DNA of 64,000 nucleotides, from assembly GCF_036321535.1 (NCBI RefSeq), contig NC_087436.1, positions 105,774,001-105,838,000 on the forward strand, given 5' to 3'. Position numbers and translations under genes: made by a program. How positions within the stretch are numbered: position 1 is the stretch's first letter; each line of letters opens with the position of its first letter. The notes under the pieces are model-generated. The model was not told the DNA's origin and did not search any database. It worked only from the letters and a program-made list of their open reading frames with translations. This document shows positions 27,506-40,916 of this stretch, piece by piece. Origin of the DNA: Camelus dromedarius. Taxonomy: Eukaryota.

Positions 27506-28499
27506 GTACATAAGAGGCTTTCAAACTTTCTGACCATTCACCTAGAATTTGTTTGAAGGTTGTTCATACTGAAAATAAAGGAACCATCCTAGGATCCTCA
27601 GTTGAGTTTCCTGGGAAGCAGACTGACACTGAGATCAGCATGTAGGAAGTTTATTAGGGACTGCTTCAGGGATCAACACCAGTGGAAAGAAAGGGAAGAA
27701 AGTAGGATCTGGCAGAGGGGAGTTTGGCTGTGTTAGTTTCCCAAAAGGTTTAAGTCGATTCCAACAGGAATTCCAAAGCTAGGAAAGCCCTCCCAGTTTG
27801 ATCTAGATCATGATGGCTGGGACCAGGATTTATATTTCCATGATGATCAGTTACAGGCCACCTGGGAGGAGGTACTCCATTGAGATCGACTATAGACACG
27901 ACCGCTCTAGTAGGTCTCAGTGCTGCAATGAATACTCATCATCTCCTCCTCCACCAGCCATCTACCCTCACCCTCAGCCAGCACCTCTGGTGCTCCTGGT
28001 GGCTCACCTAGTAGTGTGATCCAGACTCTCAACTCTTAGGGTCTGAGTCCTTAGTCACTATGCTAGTTTCAGGCTGTGCCTGCTACATTGGTCTATTTAC
28101 TATCAAAATTGGACAAGAGAGTACCAAGAGGTACTCAGATGGACCATGGGTGGAAAGCATATTATTTTCTGCCCCCACTGTGGAACAGCAGTCTTGTCTC
28201 CTCCTGGTGACTAGGGCCAGGATGGTGATTCCTCTTCTTGCCCTCTGGTCCCTTGGCATGAGGAGCTTAAATAGCCCAGGTGGCAGCCAGGGTGAAAGTA
28301 CTCCCTCTTAGGAAACAAGACTCTTGGCTGTTCAGAACCCAAAGTTTCAGGAATGGGAAGCAAAAATGCCCAGAATGGATCGTTAGGACTGAAGGAAAAT
28401 GGAAGTACTGCTTCCATCTCTTGATGCCTAGGCCTACGTATTCCACCTACTGGGGAAACAGCAGCATGTAAGGGTCATTTATTTAGAATGTGCACTGCA

Positions 28500-28868
28500 T
28501 TATGGAGGATGGTGTGTCATGCTCACAAGGTATTGTCTTTGAGCCGGTTCTTCCATCAGGGTAGTGGCTTCTGGGTATTGCAGTATGTGATATGAACAGT
28601 GGATCTCATGGTCGTGTGCCTGTCCCAGCATCTCCTTTAATGTTAAGTGGAAGGTCCCTTTGTGTAACACAATAGTATGTAGAATCTCATGCTGGAGGAT
28701 TAAATATTCTATATATGCTTGGATAATGGTACTGGCTGAGGCTCTCCAGGCAGGAAAGGCAAATCCACGCCTAGAATACCTGTCTATTCTTGTCAAACGG
28801 AAGATGGTATCCAATACTGTTAAGTTGTCACCAAGTGCTTGCTTGGTCTCTTTGAGGGATTGTGTCAT
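28500..28868 (-). pseudogene. ERVL integrase core remnant
   Basis: LTRIDRYSRRGFAFPAWRASASTII...HEIHCSYHILQYPEA aligns by eye with ERVL LTGIDTYSGYGFAFPA...HGIHWSYHVPHHPEA; the SDQG catalytic Asp is lost. Confidence 0.85.
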
Positions 28869-29517
28869 ACTGGGCAGTCAGCATTGGTTTCTGTTGCTAG
28901 AAGGTTGGACATTCAGTGGTGGCAGTAACTGGATCAGCTGTAAGTAGGACCAGTGCTATTATATCCGTGTATACCTCCATCCCTGCCGTGGTGGGAATCC
29001 CACTCATGTGCCCATCATGCAAGCACCAGAGTGGCTGATGTCAGAGGCTGACTTGTATCAACTGATATGTGTGCTTTTCAGGCCTCTTCTACAATGAATG
29101 TTCACTGTTGGTCATTAAAATGTGAAATAAAGATCTTCACACTCTATGCTCACTTCCGTATGTTCACCCACATGGCTTAACCCCAGTCTTTGTTGTTCTT
29201 CAATCTTCCAAGCTTTCTGCTTCCAGACCTCTGACCAGATGGCCAAGCTATTCAGCACTGCCTGTGAGTCCCTGTGTATTCTAATTTTAGGCTACTTCTC
29301 TTTCCACATAAAGTGGCTGACCAGGTGGGAGGAATTTCCCTCACCATCATCTCTCAAAACCACACTGGGTGGAGCAGTGCAGCCATCACCCATTTGTAGC
29401 TTGTACCAACAAAGTAAGTTGAGTCATTTGTGAATCAAGCCCAGGCTTTTTCTTGCTACATCAACTGATCATCAAGGATTCCCCGACTCCACCATGCACT
29501 AAAAGATGTGAGCTAAG

Positions 29518-29912
29518 CAGGCATCTACTGGTAAATATTTTAAAACCAGCTCTCTACAAGAATAAATTGTACAACACAGGAATTACAGACAATATTTTAG
29601 AATAACTATAAATGGCATATAATCTTTAAAAGCTGTGAATCACTACATTATACACCTATAACTTAAATAATATTGTACATCAACTATACTTCAATAAAAT
29701 AAATAAATTCAATAAAAATAAAAATAAAAACCAGTTTTCTGAAAAGGAGGAAAAAAAATCTGATTTGTAGTATTTGCTAATTTTCATGGTGTGAATACTT
29801 CCACTATGGTCAATTTCAAACTACAATGTGATGTCAACAGGATGGCAACCTTCTTGGAAACTTAACAGTGAGCTTTCAGGAGCTAGTGCAGACTGGGTCC
29901 AGCATACCACCA
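29518..29912 (-). mobile_element. MER63-like hAT relic containing a young L1 3' end (+, ~29556-29726)
   Basis: End gagctagtgcagactgggtccagcataccac; inner insert ends caactatacttcaataaa + A-rich tail with TSD-like aaaaccagctctct/aaaaccagttttct. Confidence 0.6.
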
Positions 29913-31119
29913 GGTGCTGTGTCCTACCTGCATGCTATCTTCTCTTACATCTTGCTTGTGCTCTCAGGTCTTACTGATACTCATTCCTAGATGTACCTCT
30001 TCCATCTGGGCCCGTCCCACCTTTTGGCTTACAGTGGGTGACAGAAATATCTCCTGAAGGGTAGTTCTGGTGTCATGGTCACTTGCTATTCCATGGTGAG
30101 GTACTTGTCTCTGCTGAGACCTGGCAGTACTACAAGAGCTGAGTTTTGAAAGGTATACAACTTTCTGTTGCAGTTGGTATGGCTTTGATCCAGAACCCTA
30201 TGGATCTACAATGTGATTCTCCTACTGAAGCTTGCCATAAAATCTACATGTCATATTTTCCCACTATAGGGTCTGCTGGGCTGTGTGGTCCAAGAGGCCA
30301 GCTGCTGCTGCTGGCTTTGGGCCTGGACAGGCTGTAGAGTCCTCTCCTGCTGTGGACCCCACAGAAAAATGGCATCCTTCTGTGTCAGATTTGAGTTAGT
30401 GCATTATTGCTAGGACTATAGCTTCCAGAACCTGAAGAGGCCTATGTGGCAGGTATAGTGCTGCCTTTCTTATAATGGGAGTTACAAGATGCAGTAATTC
30501 CTCCTTTACTTTGGAGGGGATGTTCCAGCATACCCAAGATCACTGGACTCTAAAAAATTACTTATGTGGTAAGCTTCTGAATCTTCTAAGGTTCATGCCC
30601 TCCACTAAAAAAAAAAAACAGAAACAAAAAACAAAAAACCAAGGGCATTTTTCACAGAACTGGAACAACAACAACAACAAAAAGAATGCATGTGAATTAC
30701 CAAGGCCTCCAATATTCTAGCAACTTATTTTTTTAATTTAAAAAGTTTTAATTAGGAATAGATCCTGGACATAATAAGTTCACATATAAACACATATACA
30801 CATATTAATTGAAACATATCATGTTTTTTTTTTAATATCCTAGCAACTTCTTGTGCATTTTGTCCAACAATCATGATGTCATCAATTTACTGGACCAGTG
30901 CGATTTTCTGTGGGATGTCCAGCTGGCTCATGTCTCTTCAGACTATGTTGTGACAGAGGACAGAGAGTTAACACAGCTTAAGGACAAAGCTATATATGGA
31001 TAACCTCACACATTCCAAAGGAGTGAGTTATTTCTGATTCTCTTTTTGATACGGATAGAAAGAGTTGATTTGCCACCCATCCATCTCTTAGGTCTTTAAG
31101 CGAGACAACCATTTTTACC

Positions 31120-32200
31120 TTTTTCTCTCAGTTTTTTAAAAAATGTGGGTGGTAAAATACGTACAGTTGGTCCTCTATATCCGCATGTACAAATTCAACC
31201 AAAGGCGGATCAAAAATATTAAAAAAATTCCAGAAAGTTCCAAAAAGCAAAACTTGAATTTGCCATACTCTGGCAAATATTTGCATATCATTTACATTGT
31301 ATTTACAACTATTTACATAACATTTACATTGTATTAGGTATTATAAGTAATGTAGAGATGACTTAAAATATACAGGAGAATGTGTATAGGTTATATGCAA
31401 ATATTACACCATTTTATATAAGGCATTTGAGCATCTGTGGATTCTGGTACCTGTGGGGGTTGCGGAACCATTCCCCCTTGAATACCAAGGGATGACTACA
31501 TAACATAAAATGTATCATTTTAGCCATTTTAGAATATACATTCAGTGGCATTAAGTACATTCACATAGTTGTGCAACCACCACCACTATTAATCTCCAGA
31601 TATCTCAGCATCTCATTTCCCTCAGCGTATTGTTTTCAAGGTTCATCTATATTATAGATGGTCTGATTTTCATGCCTTATTAAAAATAATATTCCATTGT
31701 TTGTATATACCACATTTTGTTTATCCATTCATCCATCAATTAATATTTGGGTTATTTCCACCTTTTGGCCATTGAGAAATAATGCTCTTATGAACATGGA
31801 TGTACAAATGTCTATTTAAGTCCTTGCTTTCAATTCTTTTGGATATATGCCCGGAAGAGGAATTGCTGAGTCACATGGTAATTCTGTTTAATCTTTTGAT
31901 GTTTAATCATCATACTGTTTTCCATAGTGGCTGCACCATTTTACATTCCCAACTACCATGCACAAAGGGTTCCAATTTCTCCACATCCTCACCAACACTT
32001 GTTATATGCTGCTTGTTTATTTTTATAATAGGCATCTTAATGAGTGTAAGTGATTTCTTATTGTGATTTTGATTTGTACTTCCCTAATGATTAGTGACGT
32101 TGAGCATCTTTTTATGTGCTTATTGGGCATCTGCATATCTTTTTTGGAGAAGTGCCTATTAAAGTCCTTTACCCATTTTTTAAAGTAGGTTGTTTGTATT
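31120..32200 (-). mobile_element. L1MA/MB-like 3' end
   Basis: cattcagtggcattaagtacattcaca; ccatagtggctgcaccattttacattccc; ccctaatgattagtgacgttgagcatc. Confidence 0.85.
31164..31498 (-). mobile_element. MER2/MER2B-like Tigger MITE nested in the L1
   Basis: Ends ta|cagttg...gatgacta|ca; body tacattgtattaggtattataagtaa...gttatatgcaaata. Confidence 0.85.
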
Positions 32201-32249
32201 TTGTTGTTTCCCTGAGGTGATTTTGTAACTGTTTTCTATTCATTGCATT

Positions 32250-34000
32250 TGTTCTTTTTTTTATTGAAGTATAGTTGGTTTGTAATGTTGTGTTAGCTTC
32301 AGGTGTATAGCATAGTGGTTCAGTTATATGGAGATATATATATATATATACACATTCCTTTTCATAGAGTTGTTCTTTATTTTCTCTCACCCTCTTTTTC
32401 TGCCTTCTCAGGTTTCAGTTGAACATTTTATATGATTTCATCTTATCTCCTTGTCTCCTCACTCAGCATATTAATTACATTTCCCCAAAACTTTAATGGT
32501 TGCCTTAGAGTTTTCAATATACATTTCAACTTAGCTAAGTCCATCTTCAAATAACATTATACTGCTTCATGTATACTACAGGTAACTTACCAGAGTACCC
32601 CCAGTATTTCCCTCCCATCCCTTAAGACACTGCTGTCATTCATTTCACTTATCCATTTGCTAGAACCACCCAATACGTTATCAACATTACTTTAAATGAA
32701 CTGTTATCTGTTGGATCAACTAAGAATAAGAAAAATAAATGATTTTATTTTACCTTCATTTATTCCTTCTCCAATTCTTTATGTAGATCTGAGTTTCTGA
32801 TCTGTATTGTATCACTTCCCTTTCCTTGAAGAACTTCTGTTAATATTCTTCGCAAGGCATTCTTCATCTCCGTTACAGTGTTTTTGACTTCTAGCAATTC
32901 CTTTTCATTCTTTTTTAGTGTTTCTATCTCTTTACTTATACTACCCATCTGCTCTTGTGTGTCATTTACTTTTTCCATTAGAGCCCTTAGCCTTCTAATC
33001 AGTTATTTTAAATTTCCTGTCTGATAATTCCAAAATGTGTGTCATATCTGAGTCTGGTTCTAATGCTTGCTTTGTCTCTTCACACTACGTTTTCTCTTGT
33101 CTTTTAGCATGCCTTGTAATTTCTTCTTGAAAGCTGGTGTGATGTATTGGGTAATAGGAACTGAAGTAAACAGTAGGTCTTTAGTGTGTGGTTTTATGTT
33201 TATCTGGCAGAAGTTGGGCCACGTTTAATGTTTGCTGTAGCTGTAGGTGCTGAAGGCTTCAAATTCCTCTGGTGTCCTTTACTCTCCCCTGTTGACTAGG
33301 GTTTCCCTAGGAATTTTCCTCAGTTAAGAGTCCTTATCTGGCAGCTCTTTCAGTGCTAATCCACTGTTATACCAGAGTCCTGCTGGTGGGGAGGGGGAGT
33401 GTTCTCCACTCTTATGATGGAATCTCAGTCTTTTAATGGGCTTGTATTTCTGAGCTGTGACCGCCACAAGTCTTTCTTAGCTTTTTTTTTTACCCTTTTT
33501 CGGTGAGGCAGGATGACTAGAAGGGGTTGGAGTGGGAGAATTGCCCTCCTCCAAGGTGGGACAAGGCTCCAGTAAAGTCTTCTCCCATTCTAGCAGAGCC
33601 ATGAGAGTATCTTACTTGGCTCTTTATTGTGAAAACTTGATGGGATTCCTAGAGGTAAAATCCACTGAAATGTGGGAGCCCCCCTAATACTGGGGACCAC
33701 AGGAATTTCTCACTCTCCAGATAGCCCCTCTCAGCCTTTAGTAATTTGCCAAAATGATCATTTAGGTGACTGCACCAAACAGTTATGACTCCAGTGGCTT
33801 CTGCTCTATGTAAACAGATCTTTGCTGTGACTCTACAAACTTGCCTATCTCTCCAGACTTCAAGGTGTCAGTTTACTCGCCAACCTCAGTTTTCTAATGG
33901 TTCCAAGAAAAGCCATTGGCTTTCAGTTTCTTCAGCTTTTTCTTCTAAGAACATAAATGGTAACTCCTACAGCTCTTTACATGCTGGAGGTGTAAGTGGA
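32250..34000 (-). mobile_element. Short young L1 3' end (~32255-32370) followed by old L1M ORF1/5' fragments
   Basis: ORF1 coiled-coil-like MEKVNDTQEQMGSISKEIETLKKNEKELLEVKNTVTEMKNA (32760-32978). Confidence 0.75.
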
Positions 34001-34551
34001 AATTTCTCCCCAGGTTGTTTCTTATTTAGTATCTTGGCTGGGGTGGGAGGTGCAGTTTCATAAGCTTCTACTTGGCATTCCCCACTATGACAGCTCTTAC
34101 TCCTTACAGGCCAAAAATTCAATATGGGGGTTGTGCAAACTACCAAGGATGTCTATTCTAAGTGTACATTTGTGGACTGGAGACATGACAAGTGAGTGTG
34201 TTTGAGAACCCAGGAAAACTACTATGAGCTGGACCTGGGTGAGACCTCCATTCCAGGCTCCCATCTGCTCCCATTCTAACAGAGTCCATAATGACACTTT
34301 GAGTCTCTCAGTATCAATGTCAGCTCAGATTCTGTACCCAATTGTCCTTGAAATATTTGCATATTCTCTATTCTCCAGCATACGGCTACATAAGCAAATG
34401 GTATAGATCCCTTGAGGAAAGGACTCGGGGAATTATTACAATTATTATGGTGTCATAGAGTCCTTTCTCCTAGGGACACATTTCTTCAGTAATTAATGTA
34501 TTTCAGGCTGAGAAACCGATTGAGGAATCAAAACTAAAATAGAGTCACTTA

Positions 34552-34982
34552 TGTTGGGGACACAGTGGAGTTGACCAATGCAAGTGCCTTAAGGAAAAAT
34601 GAAACTTAACCTTACCTAACATATGCTGCAGGAATTTACAACTCTTCTCAGAAATCAGCAGACGATGCCAGGTAATCCCCCAATGCCAAGTCTATTTGGA
34701 TTTCCTTGTTCCTCTGACTCAGCTACCCTGATCAAAATAAGGAAGACCACCTGGTAACCAAACAGCTTAAAAAGACAAACAACTTCTGCATTTACCCAAC
34801 AAAAACCTTTTAGTCTGTGAGCAACTTGGAACTCATTGCTCTGGTAGACTTGAATGTCCTGGTTTGCACATTGAAACCCTTGCAATAAACTTATATTTCT
34901 GCTTTGTTTTACTCAGCATGCAGAATTTGGTATTTGACGTGGTTTAGGTTCAGAAACTGGGCAAGTTTTCTTTGGGGTAACT
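34552..34982 (+). mobile_element. Solo LTR-like insertion (family not assigned)
   Basis: Starts tgttgggga, has gcaataaac at ~34882, ends ggggtaac; interrupts the ERVL internal sequence. Confidence 0.5.
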
Positions 34983-36289
34983 GATCTCAACCTCTTGATT
35001 GTCCATCCTTGATTTACTTCAGTTGTTCAGATTGAGGACTTCCTTTGATGGCTGCCCATCTATTTTGCCCTAGATGACTTGACCTGCTTGCCATCTCTAT
35101 AATTCTATGGGTCAGGTGCCCTGGACTGCACTTCTACCTTGTAGTGTCCACTTGGTTTTGGATGTTTAGATACCACCATAAGACCTCTATGTTACAGGGT
35201 CCTATTATCTCTACTGCTTTCAGGAGCCCAGTTCTGAAATGTCATCTTGTACCTTCAGGCCCAGACTACAAAGAGAGCCACCATTGAACTCATGAATGAT
35301 GTTGATGCATGTCACCAGAAAACTCCTTTTTGATTTGATAAGTGGTATATCCTCTGAACTTTTCTGGGGAATATATTCATTGGCTGAGTTTTCCAGCTTT
35401 ATACAAATATTTTTGCTCTAGCATGTTCACTTATTTGTGCCCTTTAATCCCCCCTTACAGTGTCAACCACAGCAGTTTCAACATTTCTAACTAAGTTGGT
35501 CTACTGTGAGCCGTTGCTTTTTCCATGCCTCTTGATGACATCTTGAGTGTGTTCTGCATCACTTGGGATTCCTGCATGAGTGTTTAAATCCTGTGTCCTG
35601 GGAGTGTATTCTCAAATTGATAAATTCTCCTTCATCCAACTATGTTCCCACTCTCTCTTCCCTTCTTTATCCAGAACCTTCAGAATTCAATCTCATGCAT
35701 ACTTCCCTGGCTCCTGCTGGTTGGCCAGGTCCTACAGCTTCTTGGGAGTTGCTTCCAATATTATTAGCCTTAGACTGTCCCTGGAATATCATATATTGCT
35801 ACTTAATCATTGCCTAGTGGCCAGCAGGGAAGGCAGAGGTATATCCTGAGGGAGGTGCATATCATCCTGCTCAGAAGGCCTCTCATCTCACATGAAGGAG
35901 CACTCGCTTTTAATAGGAAGTAGTGGGGCATTTTGGCAGGCACAGCCGGTTGTAGAGAATTTAGGGGTTCAAGACTTTTTATGTATATCAACCTAAATGT
36001 CCTCATCCCATGTGTCAGAGTCCTACTCTTTCCCAACCAGGGACCTAACCTTGAAATATCATGCCTGCCCAAGTTTCCACTCGGCCTTCTGCTACTGTTT
36101 AGTTAAATCCTGGGATTGGTCCTCAGTTTTCGGTCTTCCCACTGCAGGAGATGAAACCTCATCATATGCTCCCAGAAGATCTTCTGGCTTTCACATTGAG
36201 CTTTGAATTGCAGATTAATCAGTCTTTCACTATCTCCCCCTAAAGTATCAAGTCCACTTAGCAATAGCCAATCAAATTCCCATGTTCTT

Positions 36290-36438
36290 TTTAACTTTTT
36301 CTGTTTTGTTTGGTTTTTTGGTGGGGGGAGGTAATTAGATTTATTTATTTATTTAAACAGAGGTACTGGGGATTGAATCCTGGACCTCGTGCATGCTAAG
36401 CCCACACTCTACCACTGAGCTATACCCTTCCCCCTCCA
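36290..36438 (-). mobile_element. Vic-1-like SINE
   Basis: Same tRNA-Ala head; TSD atgttctt (36282-36289, 36439-36446). Confidence 0.9.
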
Positions 36439-36797
36439 ATGTTCTTATAAATGCTATTTCCCTTATACTTTGGCAACTGTACCTGATCTTTTCCAGTGCA
36501 CTACGGTTGAAAACTAACAACTGCCCTGCTTTCTTGTGGCGGCTATGTTCCACCTGTCACCACTAATTCATTGCCAGCCAATGAAATTGGTGGCAAACTC
36601 CAAAATTCAATCATAGTATCTGCTTTCTTGGACCATTTCTGGCACGAAATCTTTTAGGTTGGGTTCTATGAGAAGCAGACTCTGAAGCAAAGATTAGTGT
36701 TCTGGAAGCTTATTAGGGAGTACACTTAGGATCAACACAAGTGGAAGGGAAGGCACAGAAGTAGGATCAGACAGAGGGAAAAACTGGGCCATGATTC

Positions 36798-37533
36798 TGT
36801 CATAGATAAAAGAACTTGTCTCTGGTTCCTGGGAGGTAACTTCTAAACCACTGGAATTTCCCATGGGATAGGAATGCATTTGCTATTTATGGTGGGTTCT
36901 TGGACCACACCTGAGTTTATGCTAATGAGACGATTCAGGATGAGGGCTAGTCATGCCAGAAAGATCAACCATGTGATTAAAGAGTTGAGGCTTTGAGCCA
37001 TGTGATTATTAGCCCAAATTTTTTACCTCTGAAGGGGGCTAGAGATTGAGGTCAATCATAGGGCCAATGATTCAATTATGGCTGTGTAAGGGAACCCCAG
37101 TACAAACTCAGGACACAGAAGCTCAGTGGAGCTTCCTGGTTTGTGAACAACACACTGATGTGCCAGGAGGGTGGCATGTCCTAATTCCATAGAGAGAGGG
37201 CACAGCAGCTCTGTGCTCAGGACCCTCTAAGACTTTACCCTATGTATCTCTTCATTTGGCTGTTCTGATTTATACCCTTTATAGTAAAATTGTAATCATA
37301 AGTGCAGCACTTTCTTGAGTTCTGTGAATCTTTATTCTAGCAAATTATTGAACCTGACAGGGTTGTGGGAAACCCCAAATTCACAGCCAGTTGGTCAGAA
37401 GTGCAGGTGGCCCAGAGATCCCTGAACTTGTGGATGGCATCTGGAATAAGGGTAGTCTTCTTGGGGACTATGCCCTTAAACTGTGGGGTCTGAGCTAACT
37501 CTGGGTGGTTAGTGGCCAAAATGCATTGCAACA
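36798..37533 (+). mobile_element. MER21-like solo LTR inserted in the ERVL 5' LTR
   Basis: TG...CA ends; gaccacacctgagtttatgctaatgag; ttgagttctgtgaatc...ctagcaaattattgaacc. Confidence 0.7.
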
Positions 37534-37999
37534 CAAGAGATGTCATCATAACAAGAGCCTCAGCTGATCACACAGAACGCTCTGATGTTCTGAAGCTCAC
37601 CGTTACCCCAAGCCTGGGAGAGGGGTCAGAACTTTATACCTCCACAGTGTCTTCAGGCTGCCTTTGGGCAGCTCAGTTTAATCAAGGAAGTTCCTGGAGG
37701 GAGCAGACAGCTGAGGGTTGTCTGCAGGTAGCACTCCTAGAAACTGAGAGATGTCTTTCATTCTTGAAGCAGGATTTTCATCCCAGTCATAGGGCCCACT
37801 ACACTTTGTAACTATTTCTATTAAATGGTAGACAGAGGACAGGGTGATTAAAAGCAGTCCTGAAGATTCTTTTGAATTTGTAAGCACTTTGCAGCTAAAG
37901 AGAATTCAAAGAGGGAGATTGGCCGGTTGATCCTGGCAAATCCTCATTAGTGATCACATCGTTTTCCTAATTAAATTTTTTCGATGTCTTCCTATTGCT

Positions 38000-38510
38000 C
38001 TTGGGAAGGATAGTCTTAACATCATTAGCAGGACAATTCAGTCTCTGCGTGAAACAGCCCCTTCTTGCATCTGCAGGATCATGTCTTCCTCATCTCACTG
38101 CACCCATGTTCTGTCTGTCTATGGATTGCATATGACTTTTTAAAGTTTCAGGGCCTTTGCACAGGCTGCTTCCTCTGTTTGGAATGCCTTCCTCCCTCTT
38201 TGTGTGACCAATTTGTACTGATTTTTTAGGTCTTTGTTTAAATGTCCTTTTCTCAGAGAGGTCTTTCTTAACCCTCACTCCAGACAAGGGCCACCTGTTA
38301 TATGTTCTCCCAGTGCCTGTCCTCTTTAGATGGCCTAAAAAACACTTACCAGATATAGTTATCTGTGTTAGCTGTTAAATGCCTGCCTCTCTCCCTCTGA
38401 TCAGGTCATGAAGCCAGGAACTATGGCTATCTTGTTCTTCCCTTTACTCCAGCACTTAATGCAATGCCTCACATGGGAGTTTAATAAATATTTGTTGAGT
38501 GAATAAGTAC
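38000..38510 (+). mobile_element. L2 3' end
   Basis: cagggcctttgcacaggctgcttcctctgtttggaatg...aataaatatttgttgagtgaat. Confidence 0.8.
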
Positions 38511-38920
38511 ATGAAATAATTAAGGGATAGATAACAGTGACACAGTGTAGTGGTTAAGCATGTGGCTCTGGAGGCAGACTGGGTTCAAATCCTTTAAATC
38601 CTGATCCATCCATTGAGAGCTCTGTAAACATGTCCTCCCCTTGGACAATGTAGAGACTTCAGTTTATCGATTAATGTTGAGCTTATCTCACTGGGGGAAC
38701 TTATCCTCAATAACCAAACCCTAGAAGAATAATGTAGAATATGAATACCTATTTATCAGTAGCAACACCACACTGCCCTTAAGCACACAGACTGTTCTGG
38801 GATGAACTCAGAACTATCATCTTGGCCATAATACTTCACCCCTTGGTGAACAGTCTCCTCACCTGTAAACAAGTCTAACTTATAGAACCCAGGTTAAAGT
38901 TGCTGTAAGGATTCAATAGG

Positions 38921-38923
<3 letters not shown>

Positions 38924-38975
<52 letters not shown>
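38924..38975. repeat. (GT)26 microsatellite within a MIR remnant
   Basis: Perfect dinucleotide run. Confidence 0.97.
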
Positions 38976-38977
<2 letters not shown>

Positions 38978-40905
38978 TCAGTAAGGGCTTAAATGTGTTA
39001 GCTAATATCATTATTATTTATTAATTTAGGTTGGGAGACATCTCTGGCTTGACACCCGGAGCTGGTTAGCTGCATAAGACATTCCTTCTAGGTGAGTAAA
39101 TTCATGCCATAGACCAAATAATAGACTGGAGAGTTGTCAGGTAGACAATGAGTGAAGGAAATATCCTCTGGCAACATTTCCAGGAAGCTGTAAGGGAGCT
39201 GGTGGATAGCTCTTTTCTCTTCTAGGACCATTCTGCCTAAAAATCTCGGGTGGATCATCCGGACCCAGAACTCTACCCTTCCTCACAGGGAGTGGAAACA
39301 TCCTGGCAGATTCTGGCCCTTTGCTACCCTGTTGCAGATTCCAGAACGGCTACTACTGTTAGGTAAATACAGCCTCTCTTCAGTCATTCAGGTCACAATG
39401 CAACTGATTAGACTACAGCTGTCTTTAAATATACCCTAGGCCCAAGGAAGAAGTCTTACCACCTTGATTTCAGTTCCTCCTTTATCAAGTTTCCTTGCAC
39501 ATTTATGAGAGGCTGATGCCTCTTAGGGTGGAACACTTCTGCAGTAGAATTCTAACCTTTTCCCTCACTATTTCCCCTAAATCTTAGAGCGCTTTTTAGT
39601 AGCTCTCAAACTGGGAACCTGGAGACCTGGAATTGTGAGAGTGAAATCTGGATTTTAATTCTGACTTTGACACTAACTGGCTGTGTGGACTTGGGTGTAA
39701 CTTAGGGTTCAGGTTTACTCATTTGTAAAATCAAGCATAAAGAGAATATCAGCCGGCAATTCTTTCAGGTTTACAATTCAGAGATTATGCATCATGATCT
39801 CTGACAGAAGTCAATATACTGTTACGTACTTTTAGAGTAGAATATTGTACCAAGTATTTTATAAGTGAAGCTATTCACTTTTCTCTGTGCTGACTTTGGA
39901 ACATGGATTGGTACAAAAATAAAAATCCTCTTTATAAGCTGCAATTTTAAAGTTGTATTTAACCTTAGGGATTGCAGTTTTGAGGCTCTGATAAGAACCC
40001 GAATGTGGTCTTCCAGAGCATCCATACAACCACTGCACAGACTAGAGAGATCACCCAGCTTGGGTTCATCCACAGATCTTTTTCTTGACTGTTTCTTTCG
40101 GGAATGAATGCAACTGAGAAAGCAGACAGGTTCTGGGCGGAGAGACTTACAGAAGTCATAGAATCATTCTACCCCTACAATTTGCTACGGCTTTAGGGAC
40201 AGCCCTAATGACTGTGACATAACCTCTCATAGTCTTAGTGTCCACATCCATAAAGTAACACTTACCTTGCAGGGTAACTGTAACAGTGAGAAGAGAGGTA
40301 GGGTTAACACTGTGGAAGCACATAATGGGCACACAGGAAAAAAAATTCGCTCTTACTGCGAATTTTCTCTATTCTAGTAAAAACATCAATAGGTTGAGTG
40401 CATATTGTCAGGACGCGGTAAAAAAAGGCAAAATGTATTATGGTAAATCTTGACATTTTCTCACCTCAGCTTTCCCACTGCAACTGAGAATGGCTTCCAG
40501 TTTTAGATCTGGAGTTACAGTTGGTTCTGATCCTGGCTCTGCCCCTTATCAGCTGTATAATCTTGATTAGTTTTTCAATTTCTTTGTGTCTCAGATTCTC
40601 CTAATGCCAGGGTAATGTAGATAGACAGGATTTCCTAACTAGGACTGGACTTTTTCCTTTCTCACTTTCCTAAACCAGAAGGGCGGGAAGGCCATAAAAC
40701 CCCTCCCAGCCTAACACTCGCTAAGAAGGCGGAAGGTGCCAGCAAGAGGGAGGAGGCCGGTAGGAAGGAAGAAGGGCGGGCCAACGAGGCAGCGGGCGGG
40801 GCTGGAGTTCCCGCCTCCGGTGCGTGCGCGCTCACTACGCACGCACGCACGCACACACGTACAGCATACCGCGGAAGCGCGCGCGCAGGCCCAGCCCTCG
40901 TCGCC

Positions 40906-40916
40906 GCCGCCATTTT
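40906..40916 (+). promoter_or_regulatory. YY1 motif GCCGCCATTTT near the probable transcription start
   Basis: Exact match to the YY1 consensus, about 160 nt upstream of the ATG, typical of housekeeping/splicing-gene promoters. Confidence 0.7.

Larger units (their letters stand above)
27590..37805 (-). mobile_element. Decayed ERVL provirus (LTR16/HERV16-like) with both LTRs and pol remnants, heavily interrupted
   Basis: Homologous LTRs at ~27590-27960 and ~36650-37805; integrase remnant at 28500-28868; RT xIDDIM remnant at ~30870-30900; PBS-like sequence at ~36625-36648. Confidence 0.8.
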
